Of a stretch of DNA of 64,000 nucleotides, positions 50,031 through 61,968 are shown piece by piece. A model generated the notes under the pieces. That model saw only the letters and a list, made by a program, of their open reading frames with translations, did no database searches and was not told the DNA's origin. Source of the DNA: Laetmonice hystrix (lineage: Eukaryota); assembly GCA_965235115.1 (NCBI GenBank), contig OZ249445.1, positions 8,804,001 through 8,868,000 on the forward strand, read 5' to 3'. The translations under genes were made by a program, and so were the position numbers. Within the stretch, counting starts at the first letter, position 1; each line of letters opens with the position of its first letter.

Positions 50031-51039
50031 ATTAAGTCCTAACAAACTTTCCTATAATCCTGACACTTCTATAGATCCTACTAAAAAAATTCCGCCAGCG
50101 TTAGTTCGGTATAGTATCAGACCATCAGGATTCACCTTCATCAGTCTGCAGACATCCACGACCCAGCTCTCACAGAATGCCATAAAAACATTTTATTAAT
50201 AAATTATAACGTTACGATAACGTTTAATAAACGGTCTTTGCTGGCTGGGTAGACCTCCTTCAGTCAGTCGGCCTAACGATAGAGCCTAAACTTTTGACTA
50301 CATCTATTCATATGGCGTGATTGATTAACCATCAATTAACGTAGTCAAGGCCAACCTTTGTGCTTTCCCAGAATCAGAAGAACTGCACAGCCGAATCCTC
50401 ATAGTAATCCATGGACTGCCGTAAAGTGGTGGCAGCGATCACGGAAAGAATTCTAGACGAGCTGTTCAGGGTCTTTGGCCTTTTATTCTACATCATAACT
50501 CGCCTAACAACCTGGGATTTAAACTTCCTCAGCATCATTTGCACGGAGACCAACTGTCAGGATCAACCTGCATCAGTCACCGCATGCAGACACAAGATCT
50601 AATTCCCCTGACCTTGTGGCAGCGCTTTTAGCGATAATCAGTTCAGTGTCTGTGACCTTTTACAGCAACTGACAAGCAATCTCTACGAGACTCTACAAGA
50701 AACCATAAAAAATTAAGTCTCTCTTAAATATCAACTTCAACTGCTCACTTTTGTTCACCAACCACTTTAGAGGTCAGAAAGTGAGATTTTAGGTGGCGTA
50801 AATAACCATCGTTAACCAGTCAGGCATTTGAAATACAAATACCAACCGAAATATGATGGTTCGTGACCAACATATCTTGTCCAAGAGCTGACTTAAAATG
50901 TTCTACACTATTTAACCCTATTTCCTAATATTTCTTTCACTGATGTTCACTAAACCATTCCATAAAAGTTGTTAAAAATACTTCTTCCCCCTTTAAATTA
51001 TTAAAAACTCCATGAATTGAGGAGCAGTTTTGAATACAG

Positions 51040-51880
51040 ATCAAGAAGTCCAGTATCAGGCCCAAGGAGCAGGGCCCATCGGTACCCAAACATGAGCGTT
51101 AATCATCTCCTCACCCTTCGATGTGCCGTCGTCCTCGCCGAAATGTCTTCACAGTGATGACACACTTCCTACTTGTCAAATCCAACCACCATACAATGTC
51201 CATCAATTCCTGATGCTATTGTAAATGTTAACTTGATGTTCTTCAACTTACCTGAGACCATTGGAGAACTTATGACATTAGGTCAAAATCATGGAGCTGG
51301 AAGAAGTTTCCAAGAATTTGGACACCAAGGGATGATTCCCAAGGTCTACATGAGCGACTGGTGACATTCCAACACTTACCCAAGGATGAAACCATTCGGA
51401 TGTACAATATCATAAGGTCAGTCACAGCAATCACATGAGTCAACATCTTACAGGAATACAATAACTAGTAGTGTAGACAATTTCCACAACATTTCACCAC
51501 CAAAACACCTCACACTGCAACAGTTAACCCTTCAAGGGATTCACTCCACCAAACTCGACCATTACCGTTCAACCACATGGACTGTAGGAGGACGACTGTC
51601 CCAGAATACATTACTCCCAACGTAACAACACGTGGGTCCGACAAACTACAACAGTGTTCTCTCACCTCAACATTCCACTCTGGATACATACCAAGATGTT
51701 ACATACGAACGGGCCAAGCCCAGGAGGTCACATGACCCCGACTGTGGCGCCCCCTGGCGGACTACCTGACAGGCGCTGCCACCCTGGCGGAAACTACCAG
51801 AACTAACATCTGGGGCTCCACCACTGGTGTCTGACAGTTATGCTCAGCCTTCCACCCCCTTTTTTTCTGGCTGTTTTTTA
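51040..51880 (-). mobile_element. Unclassified module, type A, right arm (inverted)
   Basis: Near-identical reverse complement of 45009-45780, plus an extra ~80-bp 5' segment shared with module B at 48449. Confidence 0.5.
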
Positions 51881-52356
51881 TTTTATTGATCTCTAAATGA
51901 GCAATACTTTCCTTCAACAATAAAAGTCTGAATTAACTGATCAGGTTTGCTAATCATCAAGTTACATGACCTAAAAAATTAAAATATAATTTCAACATAA
52001 TGTATAGAATATTAACTACACAAAATCACAGAATGAAATGGAAATTTTCCATCACTTTTGTGCAATATGTAACACGTTACAAATTTACTAGTACTATAAA
52101 CCTTTGATAAGGCAAATCTGACCAGCTTCACATCAAATATTGACTGACATTATCCTTCTAACACTAGATTAAAATGATTTTTAAATGCACTGGATAACTT
52201 TTGTAAAGATATTACATCCTTAGTTCTTTACTGCTAGTCAACACTTTCGTACACATTAAAACCTACTGATCTACCTTGTCCTCTGAATACTCACTAATTA
52301 TCCTACAATCATGCTTTGAATGCTGTCGACAGACATTATCTATAATCCAAGAACCT

Positions 52357-53283
52357 CACTGACTCAGAAGTTGACCTCAGCGGAGACACCTCGGTCTGAT
52401 TTGATACAAGCTCTTCACTGACTCAGAAGTTGACCTCAGCGGAGACACCTCGGTCTGATTTGATACAAGCTCCTCACTGACTCAGAAGTTGACCTCAGCG
52501 GAGACACCTCGGTCTGATTTGATACAAGCTCCTCACTGACTCAGAAGTTGACCTCAGCGGAGACACCTCGGTCTGATTTGATACAAGCTCCTCACTGACT
52601 CAGAAGCTGACCTCAGCGGAGACACCTCGGTCTGATTTGATACAAGCTCCTCACTGACTCAGAAGTTGACCTCAGCGGAGACACCTCGGTCTGATTTGAT
52701 ACAAGCTCCTCACTGACTCAGAAGTTGACCTCAGTGGAGACACCTCGATCTGATTTGAAACGAGGTCCTCCCTGACTCACAAGTTGACCTCAGCGGAGAC
52801 TCCTCGGTCTGATTTGAAACGAGGTCCTCCCTGACTCACAAGTTGACCTCAGCGGAGACACCTCGGTCTGATTTGATACCAGCTCCTCACTGACTCAGAA
52901 GTTGACCTCAGCGGAGACACCTCAGTCTGGTTTGAAACGAGGTCCTCACTGACTCAGACGTTGACCTCAGCGGAGACACCTCGGTCTGATTTGAAACGAG
53001 GTCCTCCCTGACTCAGAAGTTGACCTCAGTGGAGACACCTCAGTCTGGTTTGATACAAGCTCCTCACTGACTCAAAAGTTGACCTCAGTGAGGTCCTCCC
53101 CGACTCAAAAGTTGATCTCAGCGAGGTCCTCACTGACTCAGAAGTTGACCTCAGTGGAGACACCTCAGTCTGGTTTGATACAAGCTCCTCACTGACTCAA
53201 AAGTTGACCTCAGCGAGGTCCTCCCTGACTCAAAAGTTGACCTCAGCAAGGTCCTCACTGACTCAGAAGTTGACCTCAGCAGA
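52357..53283. repeat. 59-bp minisatellite, right arm, expanded (~15 units)
   Basis: Period 59 visible as a 1-base shift per 60-base line; reverse complement of the 44137 array. Confidence 0.95.
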
Positions 53284-54549
53284 GATGTGCTAGTGTACTC
53301 GGTCAACACGTTTACAGATAAGCCCAGTCAAAAGTCAACATGATTTCTGTTTCACCTGTAAAGGTCAGAGGGCTATAGGTCTGGTACTTAATGACCTTCA
53401 TGCAAGTTATATACTCTTGCACTATTTTTCTTTTTATTAAAATTTTCTTCGTCCAATCTTTTGGCTAAACTTACCAAAATATGGTGATGCTGGCAGCCAA
53501 TTAGGTCCAATTTTAAGATTTCCGTTAAGTGGACCTAATGCTTATCTACAAGGTAGCAAATTCTGTCCAATGGTGACCAACAGGACAAGCGAGTCAGTGA
53601 GTATTGATGGTTTACGCCATGTCAGCATCTAAGGCCATTTTCACAGCGAGAGGAGAGTAAAACTCCGACTGGACATGTACATACAGACATGCAGTGGACT
53701 TATAATGCCCTCTGGGTCAGGGCTAATCGAAGCTAGATTCTTCTGGATTCTTCTCTTTTATCAAATATCTTACCATATATCGTACACCAAGGGATCATTT
53801 CACTACAGTATTTCCCTTATTTCACCTATAACAACCTCCTCACCATTTCTTTAAGAATCAGTATTTTGCTCTCCTAAAACATTACCTCCGAGATACATCT
53901 AGACTTTCTTATACTAGAAAGATCCTAACACAATTTCACTGCAAACCTACTCAACTGTTAAATCTATTGACTGATCCTGGCTAGTCTAGGTATTTAATGA
54001 CTCTCTTTACAACTGCAAGGGACCAATAAATTTTCCGTTACAACAGCAGCATCCTTCTTGTTGGTAAGCTGTACAAAGGTTTTCAGTTGGTACACTCCGA
54101 CTTGGTGCAGGTCAATGGTTTCTTCTCTTCGTGCCCAACCTTCAGAAAAACAAAGAAACAAGACATTATTCATTTTTTCTGTACGTATCAGAGTAACTTG
54201 CCAAATCAGTTTCTTGGACACTGAATCCTGTTTCTTCAGCCCACTGGAGAAGTAATTACCAGTAATTTCCTAACGGGTTTTTATGTTCGGCAGAGTCAAT
54301 GTTCCATGTCCTCCTCTTGTATACTTTACGTCCTTTTATACCATGAGTAGCAGAATCTTTCTATCACTTGCAAGTACAGACTACAGTTCACTTCCTAAGG
54401 TAAATTTGAGCCTATAAACTGGAAGAAAATAATCACCTGATAAAGTCAGAAGGCTGCAGGCTGCTTGGGTCACAGTTTGGGACATCACGGTGACAGTTTC
54501 GACAGGACATAGTTTATCATATTGCTGGTTCAGGTCACAGTTCATCATT

Positions 54550-54972
54550 GTACACAGTTCGTCATGTTGACGGTTCAGGACGCAGTTCATCGTGGTGACG
54601 GTTCAGGACACAGTTCGTCGTGGTGACGGTTCAGGACACAGTTCGTCCTGGTGACGGTTCAGGACACAGTTCGTCGTGGTGACGGTTCAGGACACAGTTC
54701 GTCATGGTGACGGTTCAGGACACAGTTCGTCGTGGTGACGGTTCAGGACACAGTTCGTCGTGGTGACGGTTCAGGACACAGTTCGTCGTGGTGACGGTTC
54801 AGGACACAGTTCGTCCTGGTGACGGTTCAGGACACAGTTCGTCGTGGTGACGGTTCAGGACACAGTTCGTCGTGGTGACGGTTCAGGACACAGTTCGTCG
54901 TGGTGACGGTTCAGGACAGAGTTCGTCGTGGTGACGGTTCAGGACACAGTTCCTCGTGGTGATGGTTCAGGG
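54550..54972. repeat. 28-bp minisatellite, right arm (~15 homogeneous copies)
   Basis: Unit GTGGTGACGGTTCAGGACACAGTTCGTC. Confidence 0.95.
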
Positions 54973-55375
54973 GACCACATAAACTTCCCATCCATTGTGT
55001 CACTGATCCAGATCTCGGTTCCCAATGCCGCCCAAAGTCGCAGTGATGAGGCAGCAGTCATAAACACCTTGAAATGAACATATGAAACCATCAACAAACA
55101 GCTCAATCAGAGAAAAACTTCATTCAAAGGTCTTTATCATCAATGACTCAAAAACTATTGCTTTAAACTGATGTCTGCACTAGTCTTTGTTCAATTACAA
55201 GTACTATTTTCACTGATCATTATATTGAAATAAACTGACTAAATGTTCATAAAAGAGAAATATTTCAGGATATTTTGAGAGTACTTTCTTTTCAAACGAA
55301 GGTACCTTTACATTTCCTCACCTATCGACTTTCTGTTAAGATTCTTAAGCCATATATTACCACAGCTTGCTTCCC

Positions 55376-55577
55376 CTACTGTTACCTCAATCAAAGCTAT
55401 CAAAGTTACTCATCCGTTTGGTCATGTGTGGTCCATGTACTGATGCAGTTACGATGATGGTGGGTGTAGGGGAGATGTCTACTGTTACCTCAATCAAAGC
55501 TATCAAAGTTACTCACCCGTTTGGTCATGTGTGGTCCATGTACTGATGTAGTTACAATGATGTTGGGTGTTGGGGAG
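55376..55577. repeat. ~100-bp direct duplication inside a ~1 kb right-arm-specific insertion
   Basis: CTACTGTTACCTCAATCAAAGCTATCAAAG...GGGGAGA occurs twice; 54975-55925 has no left-arm counterpart. Confidence 0.75.
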
Positions 55578-57088
55578 ACCAGCCCACCGTGATCTTCGTT
55601 CAACCCATGAGGCCATGGTTGGTTTCTCTCCAAGCACATACGCTAGAATTGGGAGACAACAACACTTTAAAATACTTTTTCTACAGACGCTTTCTTGTCA
55701 CTTTTAAAACTTATAATTAAGTATTGTGTTAAACAGCCGAGGCTGACTGACACTCAGTCATCAACTAATTCAGCTTTATTCCCCTTATCAACAACTCTCA
55801 CAATTTCTGGGCAACTACACACAGATAACTGCTGACTGTCTTCGAGAATCTGAATATCATAATACACCGTACACATAGAAATCATGTCGATGTTAGATCA
55901 TGATAGATGACAAACTTCATCAATTTGAAATGACACGTGGGAGTCACCACAAATAATAATATATCATAGTGTGACATTATATGGTAAAAAAATGTCTATG
56001 ACAATAATGTTTTTGGTTAATGATGATAATGATATTAAAGGCAAAGTTACCTCACTGCTGTCCATCTTCCCAGGGTCATTATTCACTTATGGATATCTCC
56101 CAAGCACGTAATTCTTCACTCTCTATCCTGGCAAATAGTTCTTCAGCTCTTCTCTTCAAGATGAGGTCACCTGGGATGTTGTTATCTCCTCCAACTACCT
56201 GGATCCTCAAGTCCACTGCTGCAACTACGTCCAACATCTGATGGGTGGGCGTGTGGTCTATAAACCTGTAAAGATACAAAGATACGAACAAATTTAGACT
56301 TTTCCTTCCAGAATAGTTTAAGGCGGGATTTTAAGATTAGGGTGGGCTTAATTTTCAGCAAGGTCTGCACTCACACTGTGATATGCTATAAATCATGCAA
56401 CTAGTAATACATGATAAAGGACGGCTTCAGATTTACCATTTTATATCAGAAAAGTGCTTGAAAGTCCTCGAAAGTCCTTGAATTTCTATTTGGCAGCTTG
56501 TAAAAATGTGAAAATGTTTATTCCTTGAAGTACCCTGGAACTTCAAAGCATTCAGAGAATTTTGTTTTTTTTACTTTAAAAAATCTGGTAAAACTGCCCT
56601 CGATGACGATCTGATTATTTCAGAACATACACTGTGTAAACTGTTGCAATGAACGGAGCTGTCTCCCTCTGCAGAAAGCGCTCTCAGCCATACAACATCA
56701 CATGCCCGAGGGGTTAAGGTAAATCCACACCTCCACCATTGGCATGGTGGGAGAATTTAGTTGGCTTCGTTGTTCTCCACCCTAGATCTATGTGGTGGGT
56801 TTTGTCCCGTTCTATAGTATTGAGAGAAAAGAGTTGAAGTATAAGAATCTGATATGGATTTTTTTTCATCGTTTCATTTTGATTTTCTTGAGAAGTAGGA
56901 AGGCTGTGCTGGTAAATTAGGTATCACTTTGTAGCTTATCTTCTTGGCTTTCAAATGACACCAACTGTAAAGTACCAGGCGAAAAGGAGCAAGGCATGGG
57001 TGGAAAAAAATCAACATATGTCAGGGGTGGATCAGGCAGTGGAGGTGGTGGTGGAGTTTTTCACACCCACTGCCACATGAACCGCTTA

Positions 57089-57246
57089 CAGGGTTTCCTG
57101 GATATTTTCGACTTTTGGGGGGAATGGTGCGATTTTTTTTTGGGGGGGGGGGAGAGTAATGCAAAATATTTCCCTCTTGGGGGGGGGAGCAGCTGAATAA
57201 TGGGTAGGGGAGTCTCCCCCCCCAAAAGGGCCTGCAGGAAACCCTG
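57089..57246. mobile_element. hAT-like MITE
   Basis: CAGGGTTTCCTG ... CAGGAAACCCTG; flanks GCTTA/ACTTA (possible 5-bp TSD with one mismatch). Confidence 0.55.
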
Positions 57247-58515
57247 ACTTACTTCAAAGTAAGTGGAAAGTACAAGTACTTGTTTATTGTAATGCATTTT
57301 CCTATTAATTCATGACTCATAATTAGCATAATCTCGTTAATGGATGATTATTAAATTAAAAGTACATTTTTTGATATAGGCCTTGGGTGGCTTATTGATA
57401 TATCCAAAAATAGCAAAATTGCCATTTTTAACCATGTAAGTTGTAACACATTTTATGACTACTTTGTGACTTGCGACCAGAATGTTTATTGCATGTTGTA
57501 TATACTGTCGGATCCCTTCCTTGCCACTTGCTCAGATTTAACATTTCCTAGCCCTTAATATATGAAAACCCTCATGACCTCATCTGCCCCCACCCTTGCC
57601 CACTCCCAATGGCAATGCATGTCTATCCATCAGTTGCCACCAGGAGGAGCAAGCGGGGGTAGTCAGCTAAGGACATGGACCGGCAGGGAAGGGAGGCTCC
57701 CTTGGAGACGAGCTAGCAGACCCAGAGCTGCCTACTCCAAAACACAATTTTGTGTATAACCACAGGATATAGTTGGCTATTCCAACATGATGCCGACAAT
57801 TTGGCTCCATATTTGCTGATATTGGGAATTTTGTTACACTTAAGAGCTTATAAGTTGGGTATATCGCCCATGATAACTTAAACCCCACGAAATTTGGTGG
57901 AAAGTAAAGATCCATGGCCCTGACCTTAACCCTAACCCCTGCCCAAACATTTCATGGGAAAGTTATCATGGGGGAAGAACCATAATTTGGTGCAACAACA
58001 TTATTAACAGAAAGGAAAGGTAGCACATTTGCAAATTATAAATATTGATTTCAAAATGATTTAGTTTTACTGTTGGGATTTTTCCCATGGTAATACGGAC
58101 AACCACTTTGATTTACGGACAACCACTATCACAGAAAATGGTTGTCCGTGGGCACCTGCTTCAAAATGTGATTTGACGAGCACTGCGCAAGGAAACTAAA
58201 AGTGTACAATGCTGAAAATGAATGAGAATAAAATGCATCTGTTTAAATTTCAAACATAAAATAGCTGAGAGGGGGCAAGCAGTGCCTTATATTTTTACAT
58301 AGCCTTCAGGTTTTTCTTCAAGAATATAAGTTTCTTCACAACAAACTTATATATTATAAACTTGAAACATTCTCCACACTTTGAAAGTTTAGGCAGAACG
58401 CTGGGCAGTAACAGTCAATGTCAGTTGAGCACACTCTTTCTGAAGGCAGACTAGGTGTAGGTATTCCTGTGACCAGTGCCTAACGTTTGCTTTGCGTACT
58501 TACGTATACGCCCTG

Positions 58516-58698
58516 GGCCCGGTTTCTCGAAAATACTTAAGTCTGAGTTTCACTTAAATCTACTCAACTCAGAGTGAAGCGTTCCAAAGAGGGTTTTTAG
58601 CCAATGTGAATCCTCCATTTCATTCCATTTTGGCACCATTCCTGAGTTGAGTAGATTTGAATGAAACTCAGACTTAAGTATTTTCGAGAAACCGGGCC
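58516..58698. mobile_element. Harbinger-like hairpin MITE
   Basis: GGCCCGGTTTCTCGAAAATACTTAAGTCTGAGTTTCA...TGAAACTCAGACTTAAGTATTTTCGAGAAACCGGGCC, flanked by CTG/CAG. Confidence 0.75.
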
Positions 58699-60071
58699 CA
58701 GGTATAACCAGCAGCAAAACTCGTATTTTAGCTCAGGAGATTTAACCAATCACCGACGATCTTGCGACCAATCAGGACAAGCGCTCGATCGTGGTCCCAT
58801 TACACTCTGTGAGCATCCTCCCACGCTCACCGCGTGTGACCCATATACGAAATGTGGCTACACAATGTCCCCGGGTCAGTGTCCACAGAGAGCTAGAACC
58901 GGGTTACCGGATGGTATTCCCAGAATGAGATACGTCATGACTCTTTTGCCTCCCAACTTGTGCGCGTACCGCAGAAAGTCGACCTGTTCACACCCCAACT
59001 GTGACGTCAGTAGAATGTTACTCTTGGGCCAAAGACGAAAGTGAGGCTCCATGCGGCTAGACAGGAACATTCCCCAACATGTGCTCAGTCTTCTACGACA
59101 GCTTCAGCTCAAAAACGCAGGAAACGTGAACGAGATGCCAGTAGAGCTCAATGACACCGTAAATTATTTATCGGCAATGCATTTGAGCGATGGAAGCATT
59201 TACGGGAGACGTTGAAGTTGCGACCCAGTAACAATGCGGGGCTTGCTGAGAGGTAACACGACATGTCCGCCCGTCGCCATGCCAGCCCGGTCATGTCCGC
59301 CCCCGGGATGTAGGCCCCTACCCTCGGTCATGCATTCATGTGCGGCTCTCGCTGCATCGCTGAAGAGGCACCTGGCAAGGGACACGTTAGGCCTACCTAC
59401 GAGGTGGCTCTCATTTTGTTGGGCACTTAGCGATTACAAGAGTTGACCTAGGGTTGTTGGTACACTGTCAAGTTGATAGCTTTTCCTGGGCCCACGGGCA
59501 GCAGGGTGGGCGGTTGACTGAGTCGAGTGTCTATCACAGAGGCAAGGCGGGCGGGAGGGCATCGTCTGAATTTGTCAACAAGCAGGTGCGCTTCACGTGA
59601 CACCATGGAATTCCCCTGTTCATTCCTAGTCCCAGTTCAAATGGCGTCTTAATGCGCAAGAATGCATTAACGGTGCACGGCAGACGAATTCATGTTAATA
59701 TGTCCAGATTATTGTTCAATACGGTTCATGTCTCAGCTAAAAGGCAGGTACATGTATACCTATGATAGCATTTCTGCTTGATGTTGAAAGCGTTTGGGGG
59801 AAATATAGGGAATTTGTCAACATTGTCTGTAATGTATGTAGTCATTTAATGACGTGACAATGAAAGATGTTTACAAACAAACATGTAGGCCTAGCCGCTG
59901 CACTGTGACGTCACAATCAGAGTGCACAGTTTAATCATTCTGACGGGACAATGAATGAATCAAACAAGGCACAATCAGATGTAAACAAACATGATTGTAG
60001 GCCTATCTCAATAGCTGTTTTTAGGGGGGGGGGGCTTTTTAATATAAGTGAACCAAATGATAAAATTGTCA

Positions 60072-60183
60072 TCCCATTTTGATACATAATACGGAAATAT
60101 ACCTACCTGAAGGTCACATATCCCATGAGGCCGAAGGACCTTCAGGTAGGTAATATTTCCGTATTACGTTATCAGACATGGGA
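60072..60183. mobile_element. Palindromic MITE-like hairpin
   Basis: AATACGGAAATAT-CCTACCTGAAGGTC / GACCTTCAGGTAGG-ATATTTCCGTATT stem. Confidence 0.6.
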
Positions 60184-60580
60184 GCACTAATATTATCACA
60201 GTTCCAGTAACAATGCTGCTTTCTGATTGGTCCAGGCCCACACGATATGAAGCCGTACTCGGTGACATCGCACCAAATGGGTAGGATGGGCCATCCTATA
60301 GTAGCAGTCGTCGCGCCATCTGCCGGTCAAACAGGTCATTTTTCTATCCTACCGTTTTGGCTGTAGCGCCGATACTATGACGTCACAATTATAGACCAAA
60401 ACAATAGGGCCTAATTTCTAACGTCACAATAGTGGCAGACATGTCTGTGCCTGTGGCCACAGTGTAACACTAACACTGCCATGTGATGGCAGCGAATGAC
60501 TGCAAAACTTCAAAAAGGCGTTTTGCCGAATTTAATGACTACATCTAATCTAATGTGAGGACTGGAACTGTGATACAATC

Positions 60581-60708
60581 GTTGCCCCATGTTTGCTTTT
60601 ACGTAACTAGTACGGAGTATAACCTAGCCTCGGTTGGCCATACCACATGAGGGCGAAGCCAACAAAGGCTAGGTTATACTCTGCCCTACGTAAGCAAACA
60701 TGGGGTAA
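60581..60708. mobile_element. Palindromic MITE-like hairpin
   Basis: GTTGCCCCATGTTTGCTT...GAGTATAACCTAGCCT / AGGCTAGGTTATACTC...AAGCAAACATGGGGTAAC stem. Confidence 0.6.
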
Positions 60709-60866
60709 CTGTTAGTATCGATACTTTGACATTCATATCGATGTATCATATTGGACACAAAATATCGTGATGTACCGATATATCGATGAATCGTTTCAGC
60801 CATGGTCGTTACCCATACTATAAGTATAAGTGCTAGCAAGGGTCGTCATTGTCGGTTACAGCTATG

Positions 60867-61968
60867 AACAAGCTTGTGAAGCTTATAGCCCCCACCACGA
60901 ACTATGGATTCTTGAAAAAACGATGCACGACTTCAATTGATCTTTGAAGGGCAAAGGAAATATTGTCAAATGAAACTTCATAAACTTAGTTAAGTTCTAT
61001 GCAGTTATGTACAGCTTGATAGCGTTATCCGGCGTAAAGATGCATGTGTCTGCAATAACTATGCAGTTATGTACAGTTTGATAGTGTTATCCGACATCAA
61101 GTGTTTTGTAGATATGCTTGACCTCGATTGACCTTTAGAGGTCAGTTATGTACAGTTTGATAGCGTTATCTGTCGTGAACCAACCGAGTAGGGACAAATT
61201 ATCTGTGGGTCCAGGAACTATGCGTACTTTTGGCACGCTTGTTGCCCCTCATGCATTCTGTCAGCAAGAACGAAATCCAGAAAATGTCTTATTCAGTTAT
61301 TGCTTCGAATTTCTTTAAATCCAAGATGGCCACCAAGCAGCCATTTTTAATGATATATTTGACCTGTGTCCTCCTTAGACTGTTCCTGGTTATTATGTAA
61401 TGTTTCATGCAAGATTAGATTATTTTCAACTGGTTTGGAGGTACAGGCCATTAAAATATGCATGACCTTGATTGACCTTTCAAGGTCGCTCAAGGTCATC
61501 GAAAATGGCGCCAAATGACTTCCTATCTATCAATAATAGTAACTATTGCGTCATCTTGCACCGTTTTCAAGATATAAGCCAAAACAGTGTCATCGTGGGG
61601 GTCAAGAAACAAATATGGCCGCCATGTCGCCACTTTGGATCTGAATTGAAATTTTATTGTGATGCATATTGGCCCTCATTATGCCTCATCCCTGCACCAT
61701 GTTTGAAAGAAATCGTGATTGTTTTGGCTGAGTTATTGCTCAAAATGTGTTTAAATCCAAGATGGCCGCCAAGCGGCCATTTTGAATGATATCAAAAATC
61801 TGTTTGACGTGCATCATCCTCAGTTCATCCCTGATCCTTGTGTGAAGTTTCAAAGAAATCGACCCATACACTTCTGAGAAATCGCTGTCTACGGACATAC
61901 GGACGGACGGACGGCCGTACGGACGGACGGAGGTCGAATTATAAGCCCCCCGTTGTGGGGGCTAAAAA
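60867..61968 (+). mobile_element. Helentron-associated (HINE/DINE-1-like) non-autonomous element
   Basis: 5' AACAAG start with TTATAGCCCCC subTIR, TGACCTT motifs, (GGAC)n microsatellite at 61895-61930, and a 3' GCCCCCC..GGGGGC hairpin followed by TAAAAA. Confidence 0.65.

Larger units (their letters stand above)
41528..56440. repeat. ~15 kb imperfect inverted repeat (palindrome): left arm ~41.5-48.35 kb, right arm ~48.5-56.4 kb
   Basis: Colinear reverse-complement matches across unique sequence, satellites and modules. Mirrored ORF pairs in the track include 41637/56020, 42987/53994, 45355/51270, 45452/51173, 47648/49039 and 47998/48612. Confidence 0.95.

Noticed and set aside
42146-54972. 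CRISPR-like appearance of the 28-59 bp repeats
   Set aside because: Head-to-tail tandem units with no unique spacers, no cas genes, eukaryotic context.
41528-56440. Palindrome as a fold-back read or assembly artefact
   Set aside because: The arms differ by many substitutions, by satellite copy number, by a ~1 kb insertion and by a 175-bp duplication; a fold-back chimera would give near-identical arms. Haplotype mis-joining is not fully excluded.
43730-57940. TTAGGG/CCCTAA telomere-like hexamers (43738, 57925; also 24920-24975)
   Set aside because: Only 1-3 degenerate copies each, typical of dispersed repeats; not a telomeric array.
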